Source: Ranitomeya imitator (taxonomy: Eukaryota). Taken from it: 64,000 bases of DNA. A program made the translations under genes and the position numbers. The DNA lies in assembly GCF_032444005.1 (NCBI RefSeq), contig NC_091288.1:211854001-211918000 (forward strand), in the 5' to 3' direction. Below the pieces are notes generated by a model. The model saw nothing but the letters and a program-made list of their open reading frames with translations. It was not told the DNA's origin and searched no databases. How positions within the stretch are numbered: position 1 is the first letter of the stretch; every line of letters starts with the position of its first letter. This document shows positions 12,253 to 25,224 of the stretch, one piece after another.

Positions 12253-15200
12253 ATGGACGTCCAGAGTTTGGCTTCCAGCCTGAATAATCTTGCTGCTAAG
12301 GTTCAAAATATACAAGATTTTGTTGTACATGCTCCTATGTCTGAACCTAGAATTCCTATCCCAGAGTTTTTTTCTGGAGATAGATCTAGTTTTCTGAATT
12401 TTAGGAACAATTGCAAGTTGTTTCTTTCTTTGAAATCTCGCTCCTCTGGAGACCCTGCTCAGCAAGTCAAGATTGTAATATCTTTCCTGCGGGGTGACCC
12501 TCAGAATTGGGCATTTGCATTGGCACCAGGGGATCCTGCGTTGCTCAATGTGGATACGTTTTTTCTGGCATTGGGTTTGCTCTATGAGGAACCTAACCTA
12601 GAGATTCAGGCTGAAAAAGCTTTATTGGCTCTCTCTCAGGGGCAAGATGAAGCAGAATTATATTGTCCGAAATTTCGGAAATGGTCGGTGCTTACTCAGT
12701 GGAATGAGTGCGCCCTGGCTGCAAGATTCAGAGATGGCCTTTCTGAGGCCATTAAAGATGTTATGGTGGGGTTCCCTGCGCCTACAGGTCTGAATGAGTC
12801 TATGACTATGGCTATTCAGATTGATCGGCGTTTACGGGAGCGCAAACCTGTGCACCATTTGGCGGTGTCTTCTGAACAGGCACCTGAGACAATGCAATGT
12901 GATAGAATTCAGTCCAGAAGTGAACGGCAAAACTATAGGCGGAAAAATGGGTTGTGTTTTTATTGTGGTGATTCAGCTCATGTTATATCAGCATGCTCTA
13001 AACGCACCAAAAAGGTTGATAAGTCTGTTGCCATTAGTACTTTACAGTCTAAGTTCATTCTGTCTGTGACTCTGATTTGTTCATTATCAGCCATTTCCGT
13101 CGATGCCTATGTAGATTCAGGCGCTGCCCTGAGTCTTATGGATTGGTCATTTGCCAACCGCTGTGGGTTTAGTCTGGAGCCTCTGGAAGTCCCTATTCCT
13201 TTGAAAGGAATTGACTCTACACCTTTGGCTATGAATAAACCTCAGTACTGGACACACGTGACCATGCGTATGACTCCCGTTCATCAGGAGGTGATTAGCT
13301 TCCTGGTACTGTATAATTTACATGATGTCTTAGTGCTTGGTCTGCCATGGTTACAAACTCATAACCCAGTCTTGGACTGGAAAACGATGTCTGTGTTAAG
13401 CTGGGGATGTCAGGGGGTTCATGATGATGCACCTCCGATTTCTATCGCTTCATCTACTCCTTCTGAGGTTCCTGTATTTTTGTCTGATTATCGGGATGTT
13501 TTTGAGGAGCCTAAGCTCAATTCGCTTCCTCCTCACAGGGATTGCGATTGTGCTATAGATTTGATTCCTGGCAGTAAATTTCCTAAAGGTCGTTTGTTCA
13601 ATCTGTCAGTGCCAGAGCATACTGCTATGCGGGATTATGTTAAGGAGTCCTTGGAAAAGGGACATATCCGTCCATCTTCGTCTCCTTTGGGAGCAGGTTT
13701 TTTTTTTGTGGCCAAAAAAGATGGTTCCTTGAGGCCTTGTATAGATTACTGTCTTTTGAATAAGATTACGGTCAAATATCAGTATCCTTTGCCATTGTTG
13801 ACTGATTTGTTCGCTCGCATTAAGGGGGCTAAATGGTTCACTAAGATTGATCTTCGGGGTGCGTATAATCTTGTGCGGATTAAGCAGGGTGATGAGTGGA
13901 AAACCGCATTTAATACGCCTGAGGGCCATTTTGAGTATTTGGTGATGCCTTTTGGACTTTCTAATGCTCCTTCTGTCTTCCAGTCCTTTATGCACGATAT
14001 TTTCCGTGAATATCTGGATAAATTTATGATTGTGTATTTGGATGATGTTTTGTTTTTTTCTGATGACTGGGAGTCCCATGTTCAGCAGGTCAGGAAGGTG
14101 TTTCAGGTCCTGCGGGCCAATTCTTTGTTTGTAAAAGGTTCAAAGTGTCTTTTTGGAGTCCAGAAGATTTCTTTTTTGGGGTATATTTTTTCCTCTTCTA
14201 CTATTGAGATGGATCCCGTCAAGGTTCAAGCTATTTGTGACTGGACGCAGCCTACATCTCTTAAGAGTCTACAGAAGTTCTTGGGTTTTGCTAATTTTTA
14301 TCGTCGTTTCATAACTAATTTTTCTAGTGTTGTTAAGCCTTTGACGGATCTGACTAAGAAGGGTGCTGATGTTGCTGATTGGTCTCCTGCGGCTGTGGAG
14401 GCCTTTCAGGAACTTAATCGCCGTTTTTTTTCTGCTCCTGTGTTGCGTCAGCCAGATGTTTCGCTTCCTTTTCAGGTTGAGGTTGATGCTTCTGAGATTG
14501 GAGCGGGGGCGGTTTTGTCACAGAGAAGCTCCGATTGCTCGGTGATGAAGCCATGTGCGTTCTTTTCTAGAAAGTTTTCGCCCACTGAGCGGAATTATGA
14601 TGTTGGTAATCGGGAGCTTTTGGCCATGAAGTGGGCATTTGAGGAGTGGCGTCATTGGCTTGAGGGTGCTAGACATCGTGTGGTGGTCTTGACTGATCAC
14701 AAAAATCTGATTTACCTTGAGTCTGCCAAGCGTCTGAATCCTAGACAGGCTCGTTGGTCACTGTTTTTCTCCCGTTTCGATTTTGTGGTTTCATACCTGC
14801 CAGGTTCAAAGAATGTGAAGGCGGATGCTCTTTCTAGGAGTTTTGTGCCTGATTCCCCTGGAAATTCTGAGCCCACTGGTATCCTTAGGGATGGGGTGAT
14901 TTTGTCGGCTGTCTTCCCAGACTTGCGACGTGCTTTGCAGGAGTTTCAGGCGGATAAACCTGATCGTTGTCCGCCTGAAAGACTGTTTGTTCCGGATAAT
15001 TGGACCAGTAGAGTCATCTCCGAGGTCCATTCTTCTGCATTGGCAGGTCATCCTGGAATATTTGGTACTAGAGACTTGGTGGCCAGGTCTTTTTGGTGGC
15101 CTTCCTTGTCGAGGGATGTGCGTTCTTTTGTGCAGTCTTGTGAAGTTTGCGCTCGGGCTAAGCCTTGCTGTTCTCGGGCCAGTGGATTGTTGTCACCTTT

Positions 15201-17191
15201 GCCTATCCCGAAGAGGCCTTGGACGCACATTTCCATGGACTTTATTTCGGATCTCCCTGTCTCTCAAAAAATGTCCGTCATCTGGGTTGTGTGTGACCGC
15301 TTTTCTAAGATGGTTCATCTGGTACCCTTGCCTAAGTTACCTTCCTCCTCTGAGTTGGTCCCTCTGTTTTTTCAGAACGTGGTTCGTTTGCATTGGATTC
15401 CGGAGAACATTGTTTCTGACAGGGGATCCCAGTTTGTGTCTAGATTTTGGCGGACGTTCTGTGCTAAGATGGGCATTGATTTGTCCTTTTCGTCTGCATT
15501 CCATCCTCAGACGAATGGCCAGACGGAACGAACTAATCAGACCTTGGAAACTTATTTAAAGGGAACCTGTCACCCCGTTTTTTGAGATTGAGCTATAAAT
15601 ACTGTTAAATAGGGCCTGCGCTGTGTGTTCCTATAGTGTATGTAGTGTACCCCGATTCCCCATGTATGCTGAGAAATAACTTACCAAAGTCGCCGTTTTC
15701 GCCTGTCAATCAGGCTGGTCAGGTCGGGAGGGTGTGGTGACATCGCTGGTTCTTCCTCAGCTTTACGTTGGTGGCGTAGTGGCGTAGTGGTGAAGACACA
15801 GCGCGCGATCTGCGCTGTCATCCCTTTCGTCGGTGGGGGCGGCCATCTTCCTGGGGCCGCGCCTGCGCAGATCGAGTGCTCTGCTGCACGGGGCTTCAGG
15901 AAAATGGCCGCGGGATGCCGCGCGTGCGCATTAGAGATCGCGGCGGCCATTTTCCCAAAGCCGAGTTTGCATCTCGGCTTTGGGAAAATGGCCGCCGCGA
16001 TCTCTAATGCGCACGCGCGGTATCCCGCGGCCATTTTCCTGAAGCCCCGTGCAGCAGAGCACTCGATCTGCGCACGCGCGGCCCCAGGAAGATGGCCGCC
16101 CCCACCGACGAAAGGGATGACAGCGCAGATCGCGCGCTGTGTCTTTACCACTACGCCACTACGCCACCAACGTAAAGCTGAGGAAGAACCAGCGATGTCA
16201 CCACGCCCTCCCGACCTGACCAGCCTGATTGACAGGCGAAAACGGCGACTTTGGTAAGTTATTTCTCAGCATACATGGGGAATCGGGGTACACTACATAC
16301 ACTATAGGAACACACAGCGCAGGCCCTATTTAACAGTATTTATAGCTCAATCTCAAAAAACGGGGTGACAGGTTCCCTTTAAGGTGTTTTGTTTCTGCTG
16401 ATCAAGATGACTGGGTTACCTTTTTGCCGCTTGCCGAATTTGCCCTTAATAATCGGGCTAGTTCTGCTACCTTGGTTTCTCCTTTCTTTTGTAATTCGGG
16501 GTTTCATCCTCGTTTTTCCTCTGGTCAGGTGGAGCCTTCTGATTGTCCTGGAGTGGACATGGTGGTGGATAGGTTGCATCAGATTTGGAGTCATGTGGTG
16601 GACAATTTGAAGTTGTCCCAGGAGAGGGCTCAGCAGTTTGCTAATCGCCGTCGCCGCGTGGGTCCTCGACTTCGTGTTGGGGACTTGGTGTGGTTGTCTT
16701 CTCGTTTTGTTCCTATGAAGGTCTCTTCTCCTAAGTTCAAGCCTCGGTTCATCGGTCCCTATAGGATCTTGGAAATTCTTAACCCTGTGTCGTTTCGTTT
16801 GGATCTCCCGGCATCGTTTGCTATTCATAATGTGTTCCATCGGTCGTTGTTGCGGAAGTATGAGGTACCTGTTGTTCCTTCGCTTGAGCCTCCTGCTCCG
16901 GTGCTGGTGGAGGGAGAATTGGAGTATGTTGTGGAGAAGATCTTGGATTCTCGTGTTTCCAGACGGAAACTTCAGTATTTGGTCAAGTGGAAGGGTTATG
17001 GTCAGGAGGATAATTCTTGGGTGGTTGCCTCTGATGTTCATGCTGCTGATTTGGTCCGTGCATTTCATAGGGCTCATCCTGGTCACCCTGGTGGTTCTCG
17101 TGAGGGTTCGGTGACCCCTCCTCAAGGGGGGGGTACTGTTGTGGATTCTGTTTTTGGGCTCCCTCTGGTGGTTACAGATGGTACTGGGTGA
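12253..17191 (+). pseudogene. gag-pol-integrase-chromodomain polyprotein of element 1, disrupted at 15560-16378
   Basis: CCHC knuckle CFYCGDSAHVISAC, protease VDSGA, RT YLDD, RNase H DAS, integrase HHCC and core, chromodomain EYVVEKILDS...YLVKWKGY. The frame rejoins as ETYLRCFVSADQDDW when the MITE is removed. Confidence 0.93.
15560..16378. mobile_element. 819-bp near-perfectly palindromic Kolobok/T2-type MITE
   Basis: TTAA TSD (15556-15559 / 16379-16382); TIR AGGGAACCTGTCACCCCG; fold-back centred at ~15969. ORFs 15681-16151(-) and 15787-16257(+) are mirror images. Confidence 0.95.
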
Positions 17192-17885
17192 CTTGTGTTC
17201 TCTGCGGTCTCTGGTGTCCACCTGTTCCATCAGGATATGGGAGTTTCCTATTTAACCTGGCTTTCTTGTCATTTCCTCGCCGGCGATCAATGTAATCAGT
17301 GTGTCTTGTTACCTCTGCTTTCCGCTTCAGTAATCTTCAGGACAAGCTAAGTTTTTGATTTTCCTGTTCCACGTTTTGCTTTATTTTTGTTTTAATCCAG
17401 CTTGCAGTTATGTGATTCCTTGTTGCTGGTTGCTCTAGTGGGCTGATATTACTCCTCATGTTCCATGAGTTGGCACATGAGTTCAGGTAATTTCAGGATG
17501 GTTTTTTGTAGGGTTTTTCGCTGACCGCGCAGTTCACTTTTGTATCCTCTGCTATCTAGTTTTAGCGGGCCTCATTTTGCTGAATCTGTTTTCATTACTA
17601 CGTATGTGCTTTCCTCTCATTTCACCGTTATTACATGTGGGGGGCTGCTATTTCTGTGGGGTGTTTCTCTGGAGGCAAGAGAGGTCTTTGTTTCTTCTAA
17701 TAGGGGAAGCTAGTCCTTCGGCTGGCGCGAGACGTCTAGAATCATCGTAGGCACGTTCCCCGGCTACTGCTAGTGTTGTGAATTAGGTTCAGGATCGCGG
17801 TCAGCTCAGTTTCCATCACCCTAGAGCTTGTTCTGTTTTTTGTGTGCTTGTCCTTTTGTGATCCCCTGCCATTGGGATCATGACA

Positions 17886-18172
17886 GATCTACTTGTGATA
17901 GAGCAGCATTTATTGAAGGCACTCTGCTGGCCCTGCTTGTGACAGAGCAGCATTTATTGAGGGCACTCTGCTGGCCCTGCTTGTGATAGAGCAGCATTTA
18001 TTGAGGGCACTCTGCTGGTGCTGCTTGTGACAGAGCAGCATTTATTGAGGGCACTCTGCTGGCCCTGCATGTGACAGAGCAGCATTTATTGAGGGCACTC
18101 TGCTGGCCCTGCTTGTGACAGAGCAGCATTTATTGAGGGCACTCTGCTGGTGCTGCTTATGACAGAGCTACA
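17886..18172. repeat. 44-bp satellite, right arm (~6 units)
   Basis: Same unit resumes in register after the LTR element. Confidence 0.95.
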
Positions 18173-18362
18173 TTTATTATTTATTTATGGAATCCGGTTT
18201 ACTGTAACATGATGGTTTACAGATTGGCGGAGAACTTTACTAAGTGTCTGCAGGGGAAGAAACTTTCTCATCGGAGACTCCACGTTGCGTCAGTTCATCA
18301 TGCACTTCACCGAGAGAATCAAGAGTAAGGATTACACCTCTCCGGACCGAATCATTGTATTT

Positions 18363-18561
18363 AGTGATGAGTGAACATGCTCTTTATCCGAGCACACTCG
18401 GGTGCTAATCGAGTGCCTAACAAACAGGCAATCCCTGCATGCGTTGCGGCTGTCGAGCAGCCACGGAGACTCGAACATATTTTTCGAGCATGCAGAAGAC
18501 ACTCGGTTAGCACCTGAGCGTGGTCAGATATGACCCTATCCGAGCACGTTCGCTCATCACT
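18363..18561. mobile_element. Small MITE
   Basis: TIR AGTGATGAG... / ...CTCATCACT with internal GAGCA/TGCTC inverted motifs. Confidence 0.65.
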
Positions 18562-18569
18562 CATTTTAT

Positions 18570-19030
18570 CTTAAATATAATTTATCTTTCCATTCTGCTC
18601 CCCCTGACGAAGGCTTTGCCGAAACGCGCGTCGGGGTGATGTGGTGACCTTTGGCTTCCTGCTGTGCCCCTTCCTGACCACTTTTGGTGATTTGTTGGAC
18701 CTTTTATCTGGGTATGTTACATTACTTCCATTGACTATTTGCTACCGCGGTTACTTAGTCAGCCGCAGGCCATTACATTCATTTCTATATGCGAGGGGCC
18801 ATCAGTGTGATCTATATGTATACTTATTTATATATATGATGGTATTATCTACTATGGGGTATATTTCTTATATTCTAATAAGCCATGGTCTACCCATCCC
18901 GTTTTGCTTGATTGTACATATGCACTGTGGTTGTATCCACCTTTTCACCCGTTTTTGTTTATAAATTCTAATAAAGTTTTTCTATATTTATATTTATTCT
19001 GGCCTATGTTTTATCCTTTGTTCCTTGGTT
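18570..19030 (+). mobile_element. Penelope-like element terminal repeat / 3' UTR fragment
   Basis: Contains the hammerhead motif followed by AT-rich UTR-like sequence ending near AATAAA (~18971). Confidence 0.5.
18600..18636 (+). ncRNA. Minimal type I hammerhead ribozyme motif (Penelope-like element terminal repeat)
   Basis: CCCC-CTGACGA-A-GGC TTT GCC-GAAA-C GCGC G-TC-GGGG: conserved cores, stem I CCCC/GGGG, short stem III with palindromic GCGC loop, GUC triplet ending at 18632. Confidence 0.75.
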
Positions 19031-22000
19031 GTTTGCTCTCTATATTGTAAGATTGTTTTTATCCAATGACAGCAAGTAGAGAAGTTAGAACATTGTCCGA
19101 TCATTAGACATTGCCTGGGAAACCGGCCACTTCTAATTAACTCCAGAGTTGGCCAATAACTTTGGCAATGAGCAATAAACTATAGAATTAAAAATCCATC
19201 CGTTCTTGAGAGCAAAAAGGATTTTTACTAAAAAGAAAATTGCAAAGTTAATTGTTTTTTTTTTAAGCATTTTTACCCACTTATGGTGTTGAGAAAACCC
19301 CTTTAATATTGTCATTCTCACATTTTGGAATGCACCCACTTTCCGCCATCTGGACCCTTTTTTTTTCTAAGCCATGATTGCTTTTGAAATTAGCCACAAA
19401 AAAAGTCTAAAAAACATAGTAGATCTAAAGCTTGATGCAACGTTATGTGTCAAATTTTTGGCGTATTGTTTTTACAATCATTTAAGGTCAGTAAATCTGA
19501 CTCATAATTTATTAAGAAACCCTCTTTAAAGGAGTCTTCTCATGGCGATGGCCCATGTCTAATAGTGATGGATCCAGGTCCTAGAATCCCTCAAGGATGA
19601 CCCTCAAGGATGACACACATATCCCCTCCAATGGGTCTAAATGCAGAGGAAATGTAAAATTACATGATGGCTCGCAAATGTCTGACCCAGTGCGTAGTAC
19701 GTGAATGGACAGGGGCCACCAAAGAGGAAGCCATGTCTTTCAGGTCCTACTTACTGCTCATTTTGGGGGTTCAGTAGGGCAGCCCTCCTTCTATGTTGCT
19801 CATACGTCTTCATATCCTTAACCATTGGATTTACACACTCTTTTTTTAATTTGTTTCCTTTAGTTGTAAAATATTTCCGATGGCTTCCGTTGATGGCTTC
19901 TACTACTTCAAAGAGGACCAATACACCAGTCGTCAGATCGACCAGCATGGTGGGGGGAAAGACACCATTTTTGTGATCACGATGGGTCAACACTTTAGGC
20001 AGTTTCCTCTTAAAGTTTTCATTCAGAGAGCTGTCAACATCTGCAGAGCTCTAGAGCGACTGTTCCTCAGAAGTCCCGACACTAACGTCATCATAAAAAC
20101 TGAAAATACAAGAGAACTCTTTGCCCCAGCGGAAAGACAAAGAGACTTCCTTGGCTTTACTCAGTATTTGGTCCTCAAAGAGGTTTTTCAGGGGATCAAT
20201 GTTGGTTTTGTGGATGCGTGGGACATGACGGTGGCATCGGCTACAGCATCTGTACATCCTCCCGGTTTTACCTTTGCAAATATAATGAGCCTAACGCTCA
20301 CATTTTCTTGTGAATAAAATAGAGAGGGACTACTATTTTTTTATTTTGGAATGTTACTTTGATAGCTCAAGGGAAATGTCCTATGGACCAAGGTAATTCT
20401 CTTCAATCATGAAAAGTTACTTGGAACAATGTAGATGTAAAAGGAATCTTGAGCTACATTGGCTTTCTTGGTCAGGAATGGTCACTTGGACTAGAGATTA
20501 GATGATGAAAACGAAATAAGAGAAGACTTTTTAGCCAAAATAGACTTCTAGGTTGGGCAAGATAACTTAAATCAGTAGAAGTCTCCTATACTAGGGAAGA
20601 CCACGTAGACGAGAGCATATGTGCTAGTCTAGGAAAGACTTTATAGACATAAGCATTAGCCAAACAGATTTATTGGATTATTAAAGATTATCTCGACCAA
20701 AAAGTATTGTTTAGCTGAGGGGCCATCTAAGACTAGGCAAGATCACATGGACCGGGGAAAGTCACTTAGACCAGAGGAAGACTCATGGACTTTAGGATGT
20801 CTCGTAGACTCTTAAAGTTGTTTTTGACAAGTGAATGTCTCTTAGCTAAGAAAGATGGTGTGATGATGAGATCTTTTGGACCTGGGTTAGGAAGGTGTCT
20901 TTTAGTTACTGTAGTTCTCTCAAACCAGTTTACGTAGCTATACAAAGAAAAGATCTGTATCACAGAAGGTTATTGGTCAAAAGGGAAATTGCTAGAACAG
21001 CTCTAGTTCAATTCGTAGAGGCTGAGGGTTAATTTGTATTATGATATGACTTGTGTAACTTGTAAAATTATAATTTCTGTGTATTATATCATGAAATGTA
21101 ATATTAATAAACCAGTGATTTTGTAAAAAAAATTTTTTTATTAAAAAAATGATTAGAAGAACATAACATTTTTCCAGATTCTCTGCTGGTCATAAGGTAG
21201 ATCTCAGGGTCAAAATGTTACCAGTAACTCTATATATCGTGCTCAAAACTTTCCACTATCACCCCTTAAACTATTTTTTAGGACTCATTTACTTATCTGT
21301 GTGTCATGATCTGTGATTCATGAACAGGCAATTCGCAATCTGACTATTTGATAGGCGTAAATGAGATTATCAAGTTCGGGTCAGGAGACCCGTGGCCAGT
21401 CCATGCCCCACAGCTCTTACTTGGATTGCGACACAGACATTTTTTAATCCAGACTTACTTGCTTTAATAGTATTTTGTTTTAGTTATGTCCACTAGAGGG
21501 TGCCATGTTTCTTTGTTTCTCTTCTGTGTACTAGGAATCATTAATGGATCTCTCTTATGATCAGTGTATATTATAAAACGCTAATCTGCCATTACAGTAA
21601 TTTCTTTTAAAGGGGTTAACCAGTGGTTATTATTTTAGCCAAAGACTTAGAATTGGTTTAAAAAAAGAAGTATTAAATAACTGATTTTTTTCCTACTGCT
21701 CCTGTTCAAAAAAATTTCTACTTCCTTGGTCCCATCTTAACACGCATTGAAGCAGGTAATTACAAATAAATAAATGCTGGATGCTTGTGTATGAGCCACT
21801 GTGGCATTGTTTCTGTTTGAATTATATTTGGACAGTGAGATGCATGTTACAACTTTCCAATTGCACGTTGGATATAGTGGCTTACAAAAGGGACAGTAAT
21901 GGGGTCAAAATTCACCCCAAGTCAGTTCGGCAGTATAATGGTACCCTGGTTCCAATAAAATATATGCTCACAAAATGCAGTACTAACTGTGACACTACTA

Positions 22001-25000
22001 ATAAATAGACACACAACCCTTTTAGGGGCCACCGCTGTTCCATTCCCAGCCTCCACCCCTCCATGGTCAGTTGCCAGATCCTTGAATGTGTGATTGGACT
22101 TTGGCATTTCATCTGAGAACAGAGCATCTCGGCATCATGTGCAACAATCCTCGGGGAAGCTCTGGTTTCTAGGGGTTTGATCGGTGCCAAGGAGATCTGT
22201 TTCATGTACCAAGTAGGTCTTACCTTTTTCTGGAATTTTTTGGGAGAGTTGGCAACATGTAGATACCCCTTCTATAGGTAATGAACAGTGCTGTGGATAT
22301 AAAGGGGAGATGTGGGAATGGTGATAGCCACCAGTTCTTTAGAGGCAACTGAGGACAACCATGGTTCTCCAGACTATGATGTCAGTGAATTGACCACTAG
22401 TTCAACCTGTTTTTGATAAGACAACCTCCGTTAAAATACATTGGCATAGGCCTTGGTCATCCTGAGCTTTTTAGTTCATGATACTTATACAGGCAGAGCA
22501 AAGCCTATGGGCTCAGGAGCCCGTATCGTAAAGTTGTGCAATGCACTGGGCAGGATCTTGGAAAAAGGGTTATCTTTAATGAACATCTTTCTAAAGGAGG
22601 ATAAAATCTTGAGCAGGTTACAACATTCGGATGGTGTCTTTCACTTGGCCGGCGCCATAGAACTTTCATGCTTTTCGGAAGTATGTCATGGATGATGGCA
22701 ACTTCATTCATCATTCCTTGAACCTTCGCGTGTCATCGGCTCCTACCGATGGATGGTCTCAGTCATCACTTAGCGCTGTTGTGAGCCTTGTGATGGGAAC
22801 GACCCCCTTTTTATAGCCAAAACACCTCCCAGTAGAGGAGAAGGTAAGCACGACACCTCTGATCCCACCTTTTACGGTGCAGCCGTAAAAAACACAGATT
22901 TATATTTTTTTTTTAGTTTACCTATGGTATAAAGTAGGATAAAAGAAGGACATGAGTGGGGGAAGCACTGGGACATTTTTTCTTTATTTTTTTCCATTTT
23001 CTGTTTTTAGCGTCACTTTAACTTAAATCTCCTTTATTTTTTACTTTTGCTAGATTCAATGCAGTGTAAAATGTAAATGAATGAAAAAAAATCCCAGTAT
23101 ATGTGTGTGCAAAGCATTGACATTAGGTGGAGCCTTTCACTCTCTACAGCACAACCAGTAATTACCATCCAGATCCACAGAGAAGAATGAGGAGACGGAA
23201 TTAGAAGTTGTCACAAAAAGGAATGACACCTTTCAGTACAAGGCTAACAGACAGAATACACCTTAGGTTAAATCTCCAGAGGATAATCTAGAAAACATCA
23301 TCGCTCCACCCCGTGAATCATCCTTTGTCTTTAGTGAATGGGACACTGACAATCCAGGTAAGAAAATAATCAATTATGATCTAAAGGGAAGGGGTGGTGG
23401 GGACTGATTAGCAAATATTCAACCTATTATAAGTCATCTATTTCTAAGCGGGAAAGGGTTAATCCTAGATTATCTCCTGCCCAACTTACTGCATTCTACC
23501 TGCTTTCCTTTAAGGGGAAATCGTCTTATGCACAATATGTGTCTCCATGGACTGAGCAGTGCACCGTGCTCCATTATATGGAGAAATCCGAGCTGGGGAG
23601 AGGGGGGAGATGCAGGAGCCACTCTCTACAGAATACGCAGAAGTTCTATTACTGATTGTAGAGTATTTATGGTTTTGTATCTGCAATTTCTACGGAATAT
23701 TGAGATTACATAGATTGTAACACTGACATTATTACCTCCCTCTTTAAGTGTTATGGTGGCTCGTCGAATTTTGAGAATCACTGAGTTCCCTTAAATATGG
23801 GGGCGCATTTGTCCCTCTTCCAAGGGGAGTATTTGGAACCCAATGTGAGCAAGTCCCTAATCTGCTGTGACACATTTGCAGTGTTTGTAACCATTCATTT
23901 CAGGAACATGAAAAGATCCTAATCTTTGTCATAATTGTTCACATGGTTCCTTGGTCTCTCCTCTCACAACTAAAATGATATAATTCCTTTTATTTCTAAT
24001 ATTAATTAATTAATTAATTAATTAATTCATTCATTCCTTAATTCATTTTAAACCATTTATTAATTCATACATTTGTTTATATATTACTTAATACGTTCCT
24101 TCATTTATTCATTCATTCTTTACTCATAAATGTTTTCTGCCTTCATTCTCATCTATCCTGATGGTGATGATTATGTATTTCTTTAATGCTTTCATTTTTC
24201 ATTTATCATCATTCATTCACTCAATATTTCATTCATTTCCAAATTAATGTATTACTTACATTTAGTTTTTAATAATGTCTTCATTCATCCACTCATTAAT
24301 ATATTCATTATTTCATTAATCAATTTATTAGTTTATTCCATCCACTTCTGTTTCTTTATTTTTTTATACTGAATTCATTCGTTTTTTCATTGTTCCTTTA
24401 TAATTCACTTGTTTTCTTAATATGTCACTATTTCATCCATTCACTCATTAAGAAAGAGTTAATGTTTGGGCTTGGCCCACAGGGGTTGGGTTAGTGTTCG
24501 GGTAAGTGACTGCTTCTAGGTAGAGAGGGAGTAGGAGGTTAGAGTGCAATGAGAGCAGAGCTGCATAAGGGTGACCCACAGTCATAGGAGACTAAGACTA
24601 AGGGATAGTGCGATCCAGAAGTAAACCTGGCAGAAAAAGACAGTGGTCTTCCAGAGAAGGGACCTTGGAGATGATGCCGAGTCACGAACCCTAGAGCTTG
24701 TAACGCAGAAGGTAACGAGCCCAAACAGGACTAAGTGTGTGGGACTAATGGAAGTCCTGAGAGGTAGATTCAGTGGAAGAAATAGGACTTGGAGCCACTG
24801 AGCGAGAAAGGAGACTCGCTGATCAGGACTGAAGTGTTAAAGCGGGGCTGTGGCGCAGCAGGGTGAAACAGTGGGCCTCACTAGCCCTGGAAGAAACTAC
24901 AGAGGAAGGATACTGTTTGGAAAATGCTTCATACTGTAGAGGAAACGTCCATAAGACTTTTTACCCGCTACCCCTTGTACATAACCCTTACCAAGTTACT

Positions 25001-25224
25001 GGCTACATCCGGCCTGCACGGACGTAAGACCCTCACAGCACAAGTCCACACACTCAGCCAGGACCACACTTTCACGTGGCGCGTCGGGAAGTAAAAGGAG
25101 ACTAGTGTCTCGCCTGTGGCTACTGCACCGCTCCGCACCTTCATTCTCATCTATCCAGATGGTGATGATTATGTCTTTCTTTAATGCTTTCATATTTTAT
25201 TTTTTTGTTTCTGAGTTACTTTAT

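Larger units (their letters stand above)
11348..17885 (+). mobile_element. Ty3/Gypsy chromovirus LTR retrotransposon (Tf1/sushi type), full length, integrase interrupted by a MITE
   Basis: 749-bp LTRs at 11348-12096 and 17137-17885 (TG...CA, ~4 differences seen); PPT AAGGGGGGGGTAC at 17124-17136; TSD GATCTA (11342-11347 / 17886-17891). Confidence 0.97.
18188..20317 (+). pseudogene. NXPE: NXPE-family pseudogene (copy A): truncated exon 4 and internally deleted last exon
   Basis: ~18188-18326 matches exon 4 of the intact copies (GGAGACTCCACG, donor A|GTAAGG) but with indels. Last exon 19864-20317 lacks ~90-100 nt after KYFR. No upstream exons seen. Confidence 0.85.

Noticed and set aside
15681-16257. 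Twin 156-aa ORFs on opposite strands
   Set aside because: Mirror-image artefact of the palindromic MITE; no recognisable domain.
16379-17230. 283-aa antisense ORF and other ORFs overlapping pol genes
   Set aside because: Shadow frames of the retrotransposon coding sequence.
24463-25137. Possible solo LTR (TG...CA)
   Set aside because: No TSD and no second copy; flanked by a ~65-bp duplication (24140 / 25139) that cannot be interpreted without a library search.
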